From Flavobacterium sp. (GTDB taxonomy: Bacteria; Bacteroidota; Bacteroidia; Flavobacteriales; Flavobacteriaceae): DNA of 54,527 bases. The notes under the pieces are model-generated. The model worked only from the letters and a program-made list of their open reading frames with translations, had not been told where the DNA came from and did no database searches. Location of the stretch: the NCBI GenBank assembly GCA_020048955.1, contig JAIFLT010000044.1:1-54527 (forward strand), read 5' to 3'. This document shows positions 10,428 to 19,870 of this stretch, one piece after another (position 1 is the stretch's first letter; the number at the start of each line of letters is the position of its first letter). Position numbers and translations under genes: made by a program.

Positions 10428-10631
10428 ATGATTTTAGAAAAATAATTACATTTTGATAAAAAAGCAATACTGTTTAGTTTAGCATTACTAATTTCTTTTT
10501 CACTTTATGGCTTTATCCATTTTTTTAATGATGATATAGAATGTATAACTTAATTTAAGTATATATTAGATTCAAAAGGAAATTTAGTTAAAGGAGAAGT
10601 TCATATTTGTAAAGAAAAATATAATTTTTGA
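10428..10631 (+). pseudogene. Pseudogene paralog of the 7521..7715 small membrane protein
   Basis: Manual translation MILEK*LHFDKKAILFSLALLISFSLYGFIHFFNDDIECIT*FKYILDSKGNLVKGEVHICKEKYNF*; TAA at 10443 and 10551. Confidence 0.8.
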
Positions 10632-10661
10632 TAATAATACTCTGAAACAATCAGCATAAAA

Positions 10662-13376
10662 ATGAAAGACGAGGAAGACAATAACATCAACGAAGACGAA
10701 ACTAACCACGAGTTAGACGATTCAACTAACGACGAAAGTATAGACGAAGGCTTTGAGGACATCGTTTCTAAAGGCGGAAATCACTTTTACGAAAACGACG
10801 AAAACCCGGAAGATACCATTACCAAAGTTACAGGAATGTACAAAGATTGGTTTTTGGATTACGCTTCTTATGTAATTCTTGAGCGTGCCGTGCCTGCAAT
10901 TGAAGATGGTTTTAAACCCGTGCAGCGCCGAATTATGCACTCATTGAAAGAGTTGGACGATGGTCGTTACAACAAAGTGGCGAATGTCGTTGGACACACG
11001 ATGCAGTATCATCCTCACGGAGATGCAAGTATTGGTGATGCGATGGTGCAAATTGGTCAAAAAGAATTGTTAATTGACTGTCAAGGAAACTGGGGAAATA
11101 TACTAACAGGTGACAGTGCTGCGGCTTCAAGGTATATTGAAGCTCGTTTGTCAAAGTTTGCTTTAGAAGTTTTATATTCACCAAAAATCACTGATTGGGG
11201 AGTTTCATACGATGGTCGTCGTGCTGAGCCAAACAATCTTCCGGTAAAATTTCCATTACTTTTAGCACAAGGTGCTGAGGGAATTGCAGTTGGACTTTCG
11301 ACCAAAGTTTTGCCTCACAATTTCAACGAATTGATCGATGCTTCGATAAAAATTTTAAAAGGAAAACCTTTTACTTTATACCCAGATTTTCAAACGGCCG
11401 GAATTGCCGATGTTTCCAATTATAACGATGGTTTGCGTGGCGGACGTGTGCGTGTGCGTGCCAAAATATCGCAATTAGACAAACAAACTTTGGTGATTAC
11501 TCAAATTCCGTTTTCAACCAATACATCGACTTTGATTGATAGTATTTTGAAAGCTAATGAAAAGGGTAAAATCAAAATCAAGAAAATTGAAGACAATACT
11601 GCTGCCGAAGTTGAGATTTTAATTCATTTGTTTCCAGGAGTTTCTCCAGATAAAACGATTGATGCATTGTATGCTTTCACGGCTTGCGAAACCTCTGTTG
11701 CTCCTTTGGGATGTGTGATTGAAGATAACAAACCTTTGTTTATTGGAGTTTCTGATATGTTGAAAATTTCAACAGAACGAACGGTTGACTTATTAAAGAA
11801 GGAACTCGAAATTCAATTAGAAGAACTTAAAAATAAATGGCATTTTTCAACATTAGAAAAGATTTTCATTCGTGAAGAAATGTATATTGATTTCAAATTG
11901 TATTCAGATAGAGAATCGCTTTATAAATATATGTATGATCGTTTTGAGCCATTCAAAAAATCATTTGTAAGGGAAATTGAAGACGATGATTTACAAAAAT
12001 TAACCCAAATTCCGATGATTCGTATTACACGTTTCGATTCGGATAAAGCGGATGATTTTATTGCCAAATTAGAAGACGAAATGAAAGAAGTGCAACATCA
12101 TTTAGATAATCTAATTGATTTTGCCATAGATTATTTTGCTAAATTAAAAGAGAAATACGGTAAAGGTCGTGAACGTCAAACCGAGTTAAGAAGTTTTGAA
12201 AATATTGAAGCTACCAAAGTGGTTTTAAGAAATACAAAACTGTATGTAAACAAAGAAGAAGGTTTCTTTGGAACAGGTTTGAAAAAAGACGAATACGTTG
12301 CCGATTGTTCTGATATTGATGATGTTATTGTTTTTTTGCGTGATGGAAAAATGATGATTGCCAAAGTTGATGACAAGAAATTTGTTGGAAAAGATATCAT
12401 TCATATTGCGGTTTTTGATAAAAATGACAAGCGAACTATTTACAATATGATTTATCGTGATGGTAAAAATGGTTCTACATTTATCAAGCGTTTCAATGTT
12501 TCGGGTGTTACTCGTGATAAATTTTACGATTTAACACAAGAAAAAGCAGGTTCACAAATCTTATATTTCTCAGCAAATCCTAATGGTGAAGCTGAGGTTG
12601 TAACGATATTATTACGCCAAGTTGGAAGTGTAAAAAAACTAAAATGGGATGTCGATTTTACCGATATTGCTATAAAAGGTCGTGCTTCACGAGGAAATAC
12701 GGTAACGAAATATCCAATCAAAAAAATAGAATTGAAGGAGAAAGGAATTTCGACTTTGCGTCCAAGAAAAGTTTGGTTTGATGATACTGTTCAGCGTTTG
12801 AATGTTGATGGAAGAGGCGAGTTGCTTGGCGAATTTAGACCAAATGACCGTTTGTTAATCATCAATCAATCTGGAAAATTGAAAACTATTATTCCAGAAT
12901 TGACTACACATTTTGATGAAGACATGATTGTTCTTGAAAAATGGCATCCAAAAAAACCAATTTCTACTATTTATTATGATGGCGAAAAAGAGCGTTATTT
13001 TGTAAAACGTTTCTTGATTGAAAATGAAAATAAAGAAGAATTTTTCATCACTGAACATGATAAATCTCAGTTAGAAATTGTCTCTACCGATTGGCGTCCA
13101 GTTGCTGAGGTTATTTTTGCTAAAGTAAAAGGTGTTCAAAAAGAGAATCAAACTATTGATTTAGAAAAGTTTATAGCGGTTAAAGGAATAAAGGCTCTAG
13201 GAAACCAATTAACTACAGATAAATTGAAACAAGTGAAACTTCTAGAACCACTGCCTTATGAAGAGCCTGTGGAGGAAGCACAAGAAGAAATTGAAATTTT
13301 AGGCGAAGATACTGTTTCTAAAGATATTGAAACAGAATTAGATAACGACGGACAAATTACATTAAGTTTGGAATAA
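10662..13376 (+). CDS. parC: DNA topoisomerase IV subunit A
   Basis: DGFKPVQRR, YHPHGDASI and AAASRYIEARL (catalytic Tyr). Confidence 0.93.
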   Translation: MKDEEDNNINEDETNHELDDSTNDESIDEGFEDIVSKGGNHFYENDENPEDTITKVTGMYKDWFLDYASYVILERAVPAIEDGFKPVQRRIMHSLKELDDGRYNKVANVVGHTMQYHPHGDASIGDAMVQIGQKELLIDCQGNWGNILTGDSAAASRYIEARLSKFALEVLYSPKITDWGVSYDGRRAEPNNLPVKFPLLLAQGAEGIAVGLSTKVLPHNFNELIDASIKILKGKPFTLYPDFQTAGIADVSNYNDGLRGGRVRVRAKISQLDKQTLVITQIPFSTNTSTLIDSILKANEKGKIKIKKIEDNTAAEVEILIHLFPGVSPDKTIDALYAFTACETSVAPLGCVIEDNKPLFIGVSDMLKISTERTVDLLKKELEIQLEELKNKWHFSTLEKIFIREEMYIDFKLYSDRESLYKYMYDRFEPFKKSFVREIEDDDLQKLTQIPMIRITRFDSDKADDFIAKLEDEMKEVQHHLDNLIDFAIDYFAKLKEKYGKGRERQTELRSFENIEATKVVLRNTKLYVNKEEGFFGTGLKKDEYVADCSDIDDVIVFLRDGKMMIAKVDDKKFVGKDIIHIAVFDKNDKRTIYNMIYRDGKNGSTFIKRFNVSGVTRDKFYDLTQEKAGSQILYFSANPNGEAEVVTILLRQVGSVKKLKWDVDFTDIAIKGRASRGNTVTKYPIKKIELKEKGISTLRPRKVWFDDTVQRLNVDGRGELLGEFRPNDRLLIINQSGKLKTIIPELTTHFDEDMIVLEKWHPKKPISTIYYDGEKERYFVKRFLIENENKEEFFITEHDKSQLEIVSTDWRPVAEVIFAKVKGVQKENQTIDLEKFIAVKGIKALGNQLTTDKLKQVKLLEPLPYEEPVEEAQEEIEILGEDTVSKDIETELDNDGQITLSLE

Positions 13377-13390
13377 AAGTGAAGAAATAT

Positions 13391-13421
13391 TTTGAAAACC
13401 ATTTAAAAAAGTATAAATTTG
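13391..13421 (+). promoter_or_regulatory. Housekeeping promoter of the Xre/RES operon
   Basis: TTTG-N19-TAAATTTG, full Bacteroidota -33/-7 consensus. Confidence 0.75.
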
Positions 13422-13447
13422 TACTGTTATTTTAAAATAATTATACT

Positions 13448-13960
13448 ATGCCAAAAAAAGAAATAAAATATTCAAAAGCTAATAATGACAATTTGAATGT
13501 TGTAAATGAACCAGTAATGGCATATTCTTCTTTTGTATCAACTAGTTTTTGGAAATCAATTGTTTTAGGTATTTCTGTACCTATTAATAAATTGACTTCT
13601 TTAGAAAAAATGGAATTGTTAGAAAAAGGTATTAAAAAATCTGATTTAGAAAATTTTAAATTAAAAGCTCACTTAGATTATGATAAGCTAGCTCAAGCAC
13701 TTTCAGTGACTCGAGCAACTTTAATAAATAACAAGTCAGATTTTTATAGTGAAGGTATTTCTGAGAGAATTTTAGCACTCACAGATTTATATTCTTATGG
13801 TTATGAAGTTTTTGAAGACGCAGAGAAGTTTAATTTATGGTTGTTTACATCAAATAAGGCTTTAGGAGATAAAAAACCTTTTGATATAATTGATAATCAG
13901 TTTGGTAGAGAAGAAATAAAAAATATAATTGGTAGAATTGAACACGGAATTTATTCTTAA
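13448..13960 (+). CDS. Xre/MbcA/ParS-family antitoxin
   Basis: HTH-like middle region; C-terminal WL...ALGDKKP...GREEI...IGRIEHGIYS; directly upstream of a RES gene. Confidence 0.88.
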   Translation: MPKKEIKYSKANNDNLNVVNEPVMAYSSFVSTSFWKSIVLGISVPINKLTSLEKMELLEKGIKKSDLENFKLKAHLDYDKLAQALSVTRATLINNKSDFYSEGISERILALTDLYSYGYEVFEDAEKFNLWLFTSNKALGDKKPFDIIDNQFGREEIKNIIGRIEHGIYS

Positions 13961-13962
13961 AC

Positions 13963-14418
13963 ATGTTAGTATATAGAATAGCTAAAGAGCAATATGCAAA
14001 TGATTTAAGTGGATATGGTGCAAAATTGTTTGGAGGTAGATGGAATTTAACTGGCACACCTTGTCTTTATACCTCACAAAGTAGAGCTTTAGCATTACTT
14101 GAATATTCTGTAAATGTAAATATTGAATTTATGCCATTAAAATTATTTTTTTCGATTATTGAAATTAAAGACGATTTAATTGAGTTTATTGATAAGAATG
14201 ATTTACCAACTAATTGGAGTTCAATTCCTTCTAGTTCTTCAACTAAAATTTTCGGTTCTGAAAAATTAAATAATTCAGGTTATCCAATTCTTCGTTTGCC
14301 TTCTGTTATAATTCCTAATGAATATAATTTTATAATAAATCCATTAAAAATTGATTCAGGAGCTATAAAAATTACCAGTATTGAAGAATGCGAATTTGAT
14401 TTTAGAATAAAAAAGTAA
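13963..14418 (+). CDS. RES-domain toxin (NAD+ phosphorylase family)
   Basis: VYRI, SGYGAKLFGGRWN, LYTSQSRALALLE and LPSVIIPNEYNFIINP. Confidence 0.9.
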   Translation: MLVYRIAKEQYANDLSGYGAKLFGGRWNLTGTPCLYTSQSRALALLEYSVNVNIEFMPLKLFFSIIEIKDDLIEFIDKNDLPTNWSSIPSSSSTKIFGSEKLNNSGYPILRLPSVIIPNEYNFIINPLKIDSGAIKITSIEECEFDFRIKK

Positions 14419-14448
14419 GAATTTTTTAAATATTTCAAAAAAATAATA

Positions 14449-16122
14449 ATGTCAACATTTCCATCCGATATTTCAATTGCTCAAAATGCAACGCTAGAAC
14501 ACATTAGAAAAATTGCTGAAAAAATAAATATTCAAGAAGATGATTTAGAATATTATGGAAGGTACAAAGCCAAATTACCTCTTGAATTACAATCTGAAAA
14601 TCCAAAAGGAAAACTAATTTTGGTTTCTGCTATGTCGCCAACTAAATATGGTGAAGGCAAAACCACTATGACAATTGGATTAACAGACGGATTAAATTTT
14701 ATTGGTAAAAAAGCTATTGCTGTTTTGCGAGAACCTTCTCTTGGGCCTGTTTTTGGATTGAAAGGTGGAGCAGCTGGCGGAGGATATGCTCAGGTTGTTC
14801 CGATGGAAGATATTAATTTGCATTTTACAGGTGATTTTTCGGCTATTGAAAAAGCAAATAATTTACTTTCTGCGGTGATTGATAACAATCTTCAAAATCC
14901 TAAATATTCACTGAATTTAGACCCAAAATCTATAGCTTGGAAGCGTGTTATGGATATGAATGATCGTTCGCTACGCCAAATCATTATTGGAGTTGGAGCT
15001 AAAGCAAACGGAACGATGCGAGAGGATGGTTTTAACATTACTCCAGCCTCAGAAGTGATGGCGATTTTGTGTTTGTCTAAAGATTTAGAAGATTTGAAAT
15101 TGCGATTAGGCAATATTTTTGTTGGAAAAACTCTTGATGGAAAAGCTATTTTTGCACGTGATTTGAAAGTAGTTGGAGCCATGGCTGTTTTGCTAAAAGA
15201 TGCTTTGAAACCTAATCTAGTACAAACGTTAGAAGGAAATCCTGCTATTCTTCATGGTGGTCCATTTGCAAGTATTGCTCAAGGAACAAATTCTGTAATC
15301 GCAACAAAGATGGGGCTTTCTCTTGGTGATTATGTTGTTACAGAAGCAGGTTTTGGTGCTGATTTAGGTGCAGAAAAATTCTTTCATATAAAATGCGCTC
15401 AAAGTGGTTTAAAACCCGATGCTGTAGTTTTAGTGGCAACGATTCGAGCTATTAAACATCATGCTGGATTAACTTCAGAAGATTTTAAAACTGAAAATAC
15501 TACTGCTATTGAAAAAGGATTTTGCAACTTAGAAAAGCACATCGAAAATATTCAGAAATTTGGTATAAATCCTGTGGTTTCTATAAATGCTTTTCCGGAT
15601 GATACTCAAGCTGAATATGATAAATTGAAGGAATTGTGTCTTGAAAAAGGTGTTATAGCAATTGTTAGTACAGCTTTTGTTGATGGTGGAAAAGGTTCTG
15701 AGAAATTAGCTGAAAAAGTAATAGCTGAAATCAATAAAGGTGAAGCAAATTATAAACCTTTGTATCAAAAAGAAGATTCTATTGAACATAAAATAAAAAC
15801 AATTGCAACTGAAATTTACGGAGCAAGTTTCGTTGAGTTTTCTCCAAAATCAAAAACACAGTTGAAGATGATAAACGACTTGGGTTTTAGTGATTTTTCA
15901 ATTTGCATGGCAAAAACACCTTCAAGTTTTTCTGATAATGAGAAACTCATAGGAAGACCAAACCATTTTACAATTACCGTAAGAGAATTTGAAATAGCCA
16001 GTGGGGCTGAATTTATAGTTCCGTTGCTGGGCGATGTAATGCGAATGCCAGGTTTACCAGCCGTTCCCAATGCGGAACGTATTGATATTGATAATGAAGG
16101 ACGAATTACAGGATTGTCTTAA
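14449..16122 (+). CDS. fhs: Formate--tetrahydrofolate ligase
   Basis: GEGKTT, LREPSLGPVFGLKGGAAGGGY, INLHFTGDF and TEAGFGADLGAEKF. Confidence 0.97.
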   Translation: MSTFPSDISIAQNATLEHIRKIAEKINIQEDDLEYYGRYKAKLPLELQSENPKGKLILVSAMSPTKYGEGKTTMTIGLTDGLNFIGKKAIAVLREPSLGPVFGLKGGAAGGGYAQVVPMEDINLHFTGDFSAIEKANNLLSAVIDNNLQNPKYSLNLDPKSIAWKRVMDMNDRSLRQIIIGVGAKANGTMREDGFNITPASEVMAILCLSKDLEDLKLRLGNIFVGKTLDGKAIFARDLKVVGAMAVLLKDALKPNLVQTLEGNPAILHGGPFASIAQGTNSVIATKMGLSLGDYVVTEAGFGADLGAEKFFHIKCAQSGLKPDAVVLVATIRAIKHHAGLTSEDFKTENTTAIEKGFCNLEKHIENIQKFGINPVVSINAFPDDTQAEYDKLKELCLEKGVIAIVSTAFVDGGKGSEKLAEKVIAEINKGEANYKPLYQKEDSIEHKIKTIATEIYGASFVEFSPKSKTQLKMINDLGFSDFSICMAKTPSSFSDNEKLIGRPNHFTITVREFEIASGAEFIVPLLGDVMRMPGLPAVPNAERIDIDNEGRITGLS

Positions 16123-16142
16123 TGTTTTAATTTTGATATCAT

Positions 16143-16182
16143 AAAAAAGTGGTGATTTAGATAACTATAATCACCATTTTTT
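16143..16182. terminator. Intrinsic terminator after fhs (possibly bidirectional)
   Basis: A6-GTGGTGATT...AATCACCA-T6. Confidence 0.75.
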
Positions 16183-16202
16183 ATCTTTTCTAATGATGTT
16201 TT

Positions 16203-16350
16203 AATACCGATTATCTATTGCTTTGCCAAGTTCGCAAGCACGGGTCAATATAGTCCAATAAAATTCGACTATTTTCATACTATCCCGAATTTTCGGGACA
16301 AGTAATCGGGATTATACCATAAAATTTTGGACTATTTTATAAATAGTATT
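16203..16350. repeat. Cluster of REP-like palindromes
   Basis: GCCAAGTTCGCAAGCACGGGTC, TCCCGAA-tt-TTCGGGA, CCGATTA/TAATCGG and ATAGTCCAA/TTGGACTAT. Confidence 0.5.
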
Positions 16351-16502
16351 GGTATAATTTAAATTGCTTTTGATAAACTAATCATTTTCACTATTTTATC
16401 TACAAAACAACCATAAAATGAACTTCTTCTGGGAGCTGAATTGGCTGAAATCATTAGAAGTATATTACCTAGTTATGTATTAAAGAATGCTTCTTTTGAT
16501 GT

Positions 16503-18479
16503 TTAGTTTTCTCTACATTCAATTCTTCTCATCTCGATTTTTTCGGGTGCATGCAGTACTAATGGAAATTGTTCTACTTTAACAGAACTACTGTCCAATC
16601 CAAAACCTTTTTCTTCAGATAAACTGAATTTTTTTAAGAAAAAATAGGCATTCATAATTATGTTTTCAAAGAAGGTCAAATCACTATCATTAGACAAGAA
16701 TTTCTCTGAAAGTACAAATTTGAAATCGCCAATAATATTATTTTTATTTAATGATTCATAACGACTAGTTATATCAACCTCGCCACGTTGTACCATATCT
16801 TTTAATACTTGTTTGAACATTAAATTGATTTTTGTAGCTTCTCTAAAACCTAGATAAAAATCAATTCTATAGATATCGTCTTTTACAATTTCAATAACCT
16901 TATATTCTTTTTTGTAAGGCTCACTTAAAATATTTACGTGAACAAACCAATATATATCGGATCTTTTTGGTCTTTTTTGTAGAATTGAATACATCACTTT
17001 TTCCTCAATTTCATCGCTACGCATAGAGTTGGTCATGTAAACTAAATGGGTTGCATATTTAGGAATTGATAAATCAACACTTAATTCAGCCAGTACTTTT
17101 TTGTAGCTGTCAATTTTAACAATTTTGGTGTAGTTTTTACTAATTTGTTTTGCTAAATACCACGTTGTCATAATTGAAATTAAGATTACAGCAATAATTA
17201 ATGTCACAAAACCACCATGCAAAAACTTAGTAACATTAGCATATAAAAAACAAAATTCGATTGCTAAATAAAGAGTAATTAGTGGAATTATATAGTACAT
17301 CTTTATTCTTTTCATTATCAAATAAAAATTCAGTAAAATGGTAGTCATAATCATGGTTAAAACTATAGCCAAACCATAGGCATGTTCCATATTACTTGAT
17401 TCTTTAAAATATAAAACAATTCCTATACATCCTATTAATAACAACCAATTTATGGATGGAATATACAATTGACCTTTTTCTTCGGTTGGATATTTAATTT
17501 TAGCTTTGGGCCAAAAATTTAATCTCATTGCTTCATTAATCAGTGTAAATGAACCACTAATTAATGCTTGCGAGGCAATAACTGCTGCTAATGTTGCTAT
17601 TACTACACCAATAGGTTGAAACCAAGTTTCCATAATTAAATAGAATGGATTTCCGTTTTCTCCACCGAGTTCTTGCAATGTTTTTCCTTCGTGTGAAATT
17701 AAGTAAGCACCTTGACCGAAGTAGTTTAAGAGCAACATTATTTTTACAAAAATCCAACTCACTCTTATGTTTTTTCTTCCACAATGTCCCATGTCTGAGT
17801 ATAAAGCTTCCGCTCCAGTGGTGCATAAAAATACGGCACCAAGAACAAAGAAACCTTCAGGATGAGCAGATAATAAATGGTAAGCATAGTATGGATTGAT
17901 AGCTTTTAAAACCGAAAAATTTTGCACTATTTGAATACTTCCTAGAATTCCTAACATGGCAAACCAAACCAACATCATTGGAGCAAAAAACTTTCCAACA
18001 AGTTTGGTTCCATATTGTTGGATGATAAATAATATTATTAAAATTATTATTACAATAGGAATAGTATTTAACTCAGGTTTGAAGATTTTTAGACCTTCAA
18101 CAGCTGAAGATACAGAAATTGGTGGTGTAATGATTCCATCGGCTAAAAGTGTACTTCCGCCAATGATGGCAGGAACGATTAACCATTTTATTTTGGTTTT
18201 CTTAACCAAGGCAAATAAAGCAAAAATACCTCCTTCACCATGATTATCTGCACTCAATGTGATAATTACATATTTTAATGTTGTTTGTAAAGTAAGCGTC
18301 CAAAAGATACATGAAATTCCACCCAAAACAATATCGCTTGTTATGGCATAATCACCAAGAATGGCTTTCATTACATACAGAGGTGACGTTCCTATATCTC
18401 CAAAAATAATTCCTAAGGTTACTAATAATCCAGCAGTGGAAAGTTTGCTATGAATATTTGAATGACTATGTGAGCTCAT
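16503..18479 (-). CDS. kup: KUP/HAK/KT potassium transporter
   Basis: GIIFGDIGTSPLY, ADNHGEGG and TGAEALYSDMGH; multiple TM helices. Confidence 0.96.
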   Translation of the reverse strand: MSSHSHSNIHSKLSTAGLLVTLGIIFGDIGTSPLYVMKAILGDYAITSDIVLGGISCIFWTLTLQTTLKYVIITLSADNHGEGGIFALFALVKKTKIKWLIVPAIIGGSTLLADGIITPPISVSSAVEGLKIFKPELNTIPIVIIILIILFIIQQYGTKLVGKFFAPMMLVWFAMLGILGSIQIVQNFSVLKAINPYYAYHLLSAHPEGFFVLGAVFLCTTGAEALYSDMGHCGRKNIRVSWIFVKIMLLLNYFGQGAYLISHEGKTLQELGGENGNPFYLIMETWFQPIGVVIATLAAVIASQALISGSFTLINEAMRLNFWPKAKIKYPTEEKGQLYIPSINWLLLIGCIGIVLYFKESSNMEHAYGLAIVLTMIMTTILLNFYLIMKRIKMYYIIPLITLYLAIEFCFLYANVTKFLHGGFVTLIIAVILISIMTTWYLAKQISKNYTKIVKIDSYKKVLAELSVDLSIPKYATHLVYMTNSMRSDEIEEKVMYSILQKRPKRSDIYWFVHVNILSEPYKKEYKVIEIVKDDIYRIDFYLGFREATKINLMFKQVLKDMVQRGEVDITSRYESLNKNNIIGDFKFVLSEKFLSNDSDLTFFENIIMNAYFFLKKFSLSEEKGFGLDSSSVKVEQFPLVLHAPEKIEMRRIECREN

Positions 18480-18501
18480 AATTTATTTTGAATAAAGAAT
18501 G

Positions 18502-18509
18502 CAAATGTA
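18502..18509 (-). promoter_or_regulatory. -7 element for kup
   Basis: TACATTTG on the minus strand, about 23 nt upstream of the ATG. Confidence 0.65.
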
Positions 18510-18530
18510 TTATATTTAACTATTTGAAAT

Positions 18531-18560
18531 AAAAAAAGCACCGAATATTTTCGATGCTTT
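18531..18560 (-). terminator. Terminator of the 18582..19742 gene
   Basis: Imperfect stem AAAGCA.CGAA/TTCG.TGCTTT with T7 on the minus strand. Confidence 0.65.
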
Positions 18561-18581
18561 ACTATTTAAATTAATTAAGCG

Positions 18582-19742
18582 TTATCTTCTTCCAGAATTT
18601 TCACCCCTTCCTCCAGAAGCTCCAACTCTTGAAGAACTTCCTGAGCTTCTTTCATTAGAACTGCTTCTAGTGGAACTTGAACTTCTTGATGGCTCATAAG
18701 AATTACCTCTTGATGTTGATGCACTTCTAACGGATTCATTATTACTTCTAACACCACCATAGTTTGAGTTTTCTCTTACAGGTGCAATTGTTCTAATCGT
18801 TTCAGAATCGTTATTTCTAACTGTGTTGCTGCTGCTTCTAACACCACCAAGGTTTGAATTTTCTTTTACAGGTGTTGATGTTCTAACTGTTTCAGAAGAG
18901 TTATTTCTAACTGTATTGTTGCTGCTTCTAACACCACCAAGGTTTGAATTTTCTCTGGTGTTTCCATTATTTCTTGTGTTATTGTAGGCTACATCTCTTG
19001 TAGTTCTTGTTCTATCTAATTCATATCTATTGGTGTAACCAGAGTTTCTGTGACTGAAGGAACGATTTGGATAGTTTCTTTCACAATAATTGGCTCTTCT
19101 ACCATAATAATTATTATAAGCTGCGTGACATCTTCTATAATTTACATAATTGTAGTGGTGACTAAAGTTTATCCATAAACCAATGTTATGACGGTATCTA
19201 AAAACTGGATAAGGATTCCAATAAGTGTAATAACTAGGATAATAACCCCAATACCAACTTGAGCAATAGGGACGATAGCTTGATATCCAGAAGTGATTGT
19301 ATAGTACTGGCACATGAGCATAAACAGGCTCATAAATGTAGTTACTTCCATACATATAAACATCTCCAACTACTTGAACTTGAACACGATTATTAGCGTC
19401 TTTTTCAACTTCTACAGTACAAACATCTTGAAATTGATCACGACCTAAAACAGATTGCACCACAATTAAATGGGTTCTTCCTTCAACCGATTCAATGACA
19501 CGAAGATAATCAACTTGATTGTCGTTGTTTAAATCCAAATTAGAGATTTGTGTTTTTGGATCATTCAATCGATTTTCAAAATCTTCTAAATCTTTTGAAT
19601 CTCCAAATATAGACGCAATGGCTCTAAGGTCTAGGTTATCACTTATTTCAGAACTCATTGCATTTATTGTAGTTCTGTCTTGGGCGAATGAAGTTGCAAA
19701 AAGCAAAGTCATTAGGGACGAAAGTAATATTTTAGTCTTCAT
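18582..19742 (-). CDS. Exported hypothetical protein: acidic N-domain, Tyr/Trp-rich middle, Arg/Ser/Asn-rich repeat tail
   Basis: Signal peptide ending SFA-Q; EF-hand-like DLNNDNQVD; low-complexity tail. Confidence 0.85.
   Translation of the reverse strand: MKTKILLSSLMTLLFATSFAQDRTTINAMSSEISDNLDLRAIASIFGDSKDLEDFENRLNDPKTQISNLDLNNDNQVDYLRVIESVEGRTHLIVVQSVLGRDQFQDVCTVEVEKDANNRVQVQVVGDVYMYGSNYIYEPVYAHVPVLYNHFWISSYRPYCSSWYWGYYPSYYTYWNPYPVFRYRHNIGLWINFSHHYNYVNYRRCHAAYNNYYGRRANYCERNYPNRSFSHRNSGYTNRYELDRTRTTRDVAYNNTRNNGNTRENSNLGGVRSSNNTVRNNSSETVRTSTPVKENSNLGGVRSSSNTVRNNDSETIRTIAPVRENSNYGGVRSNNESVRSASTSRGNSYEPSRSSSSTRSSSNERSSGSSSRVGASGGRGENSGRR
18745..18956 (-). repeat. Intragenic 90-bp (30-aa) tandem repeat, about 2.3 copies
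   Basis: CTTCTAACACCACCA recurs with a 90-nt period (ENSNxGGVRS three times). Confidence 0.9.
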
Positions 19743-19787
19743 AATGTAATGTATTAATGGTTCATATTAGCATTTCTATGCTTAATC

Positions 19788-19801
19788 CAATTTTTGTGCC
19801 A
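19788..19801 (-). promoter_or_regulatory. Sigma54-like -24/-12 element
   Basis: TGGCAC-AAAAA-TTG on the minus strand upstream of the 19742 ATG. Confidence 0.5.
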
Positions 19802-19870
19802 AGAATAATTCTTCACAAATCATTAACACAAAATTATGTTGTATTTTAGCGCAGTAAACAGGCATTTATT

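Noticed and set aside
6795-10661. Prophage or integrative element
   Set aside because: No integrase, transposase, phage genes or att-like direct repeats seen
4938-13376. gyrB/gyrA call for the topoisomerase genes
   Set aside because: The short B subunit and divergent A subunit without a GyrA-box fit Bacteroidota topoisomerase IV better
16360-16506. Possible response-regulator gene fragment (NELLLGAELAEIIRSILP)
   Set aside because: Too short, interrupted by a stop, and the similarity is only impressionistic
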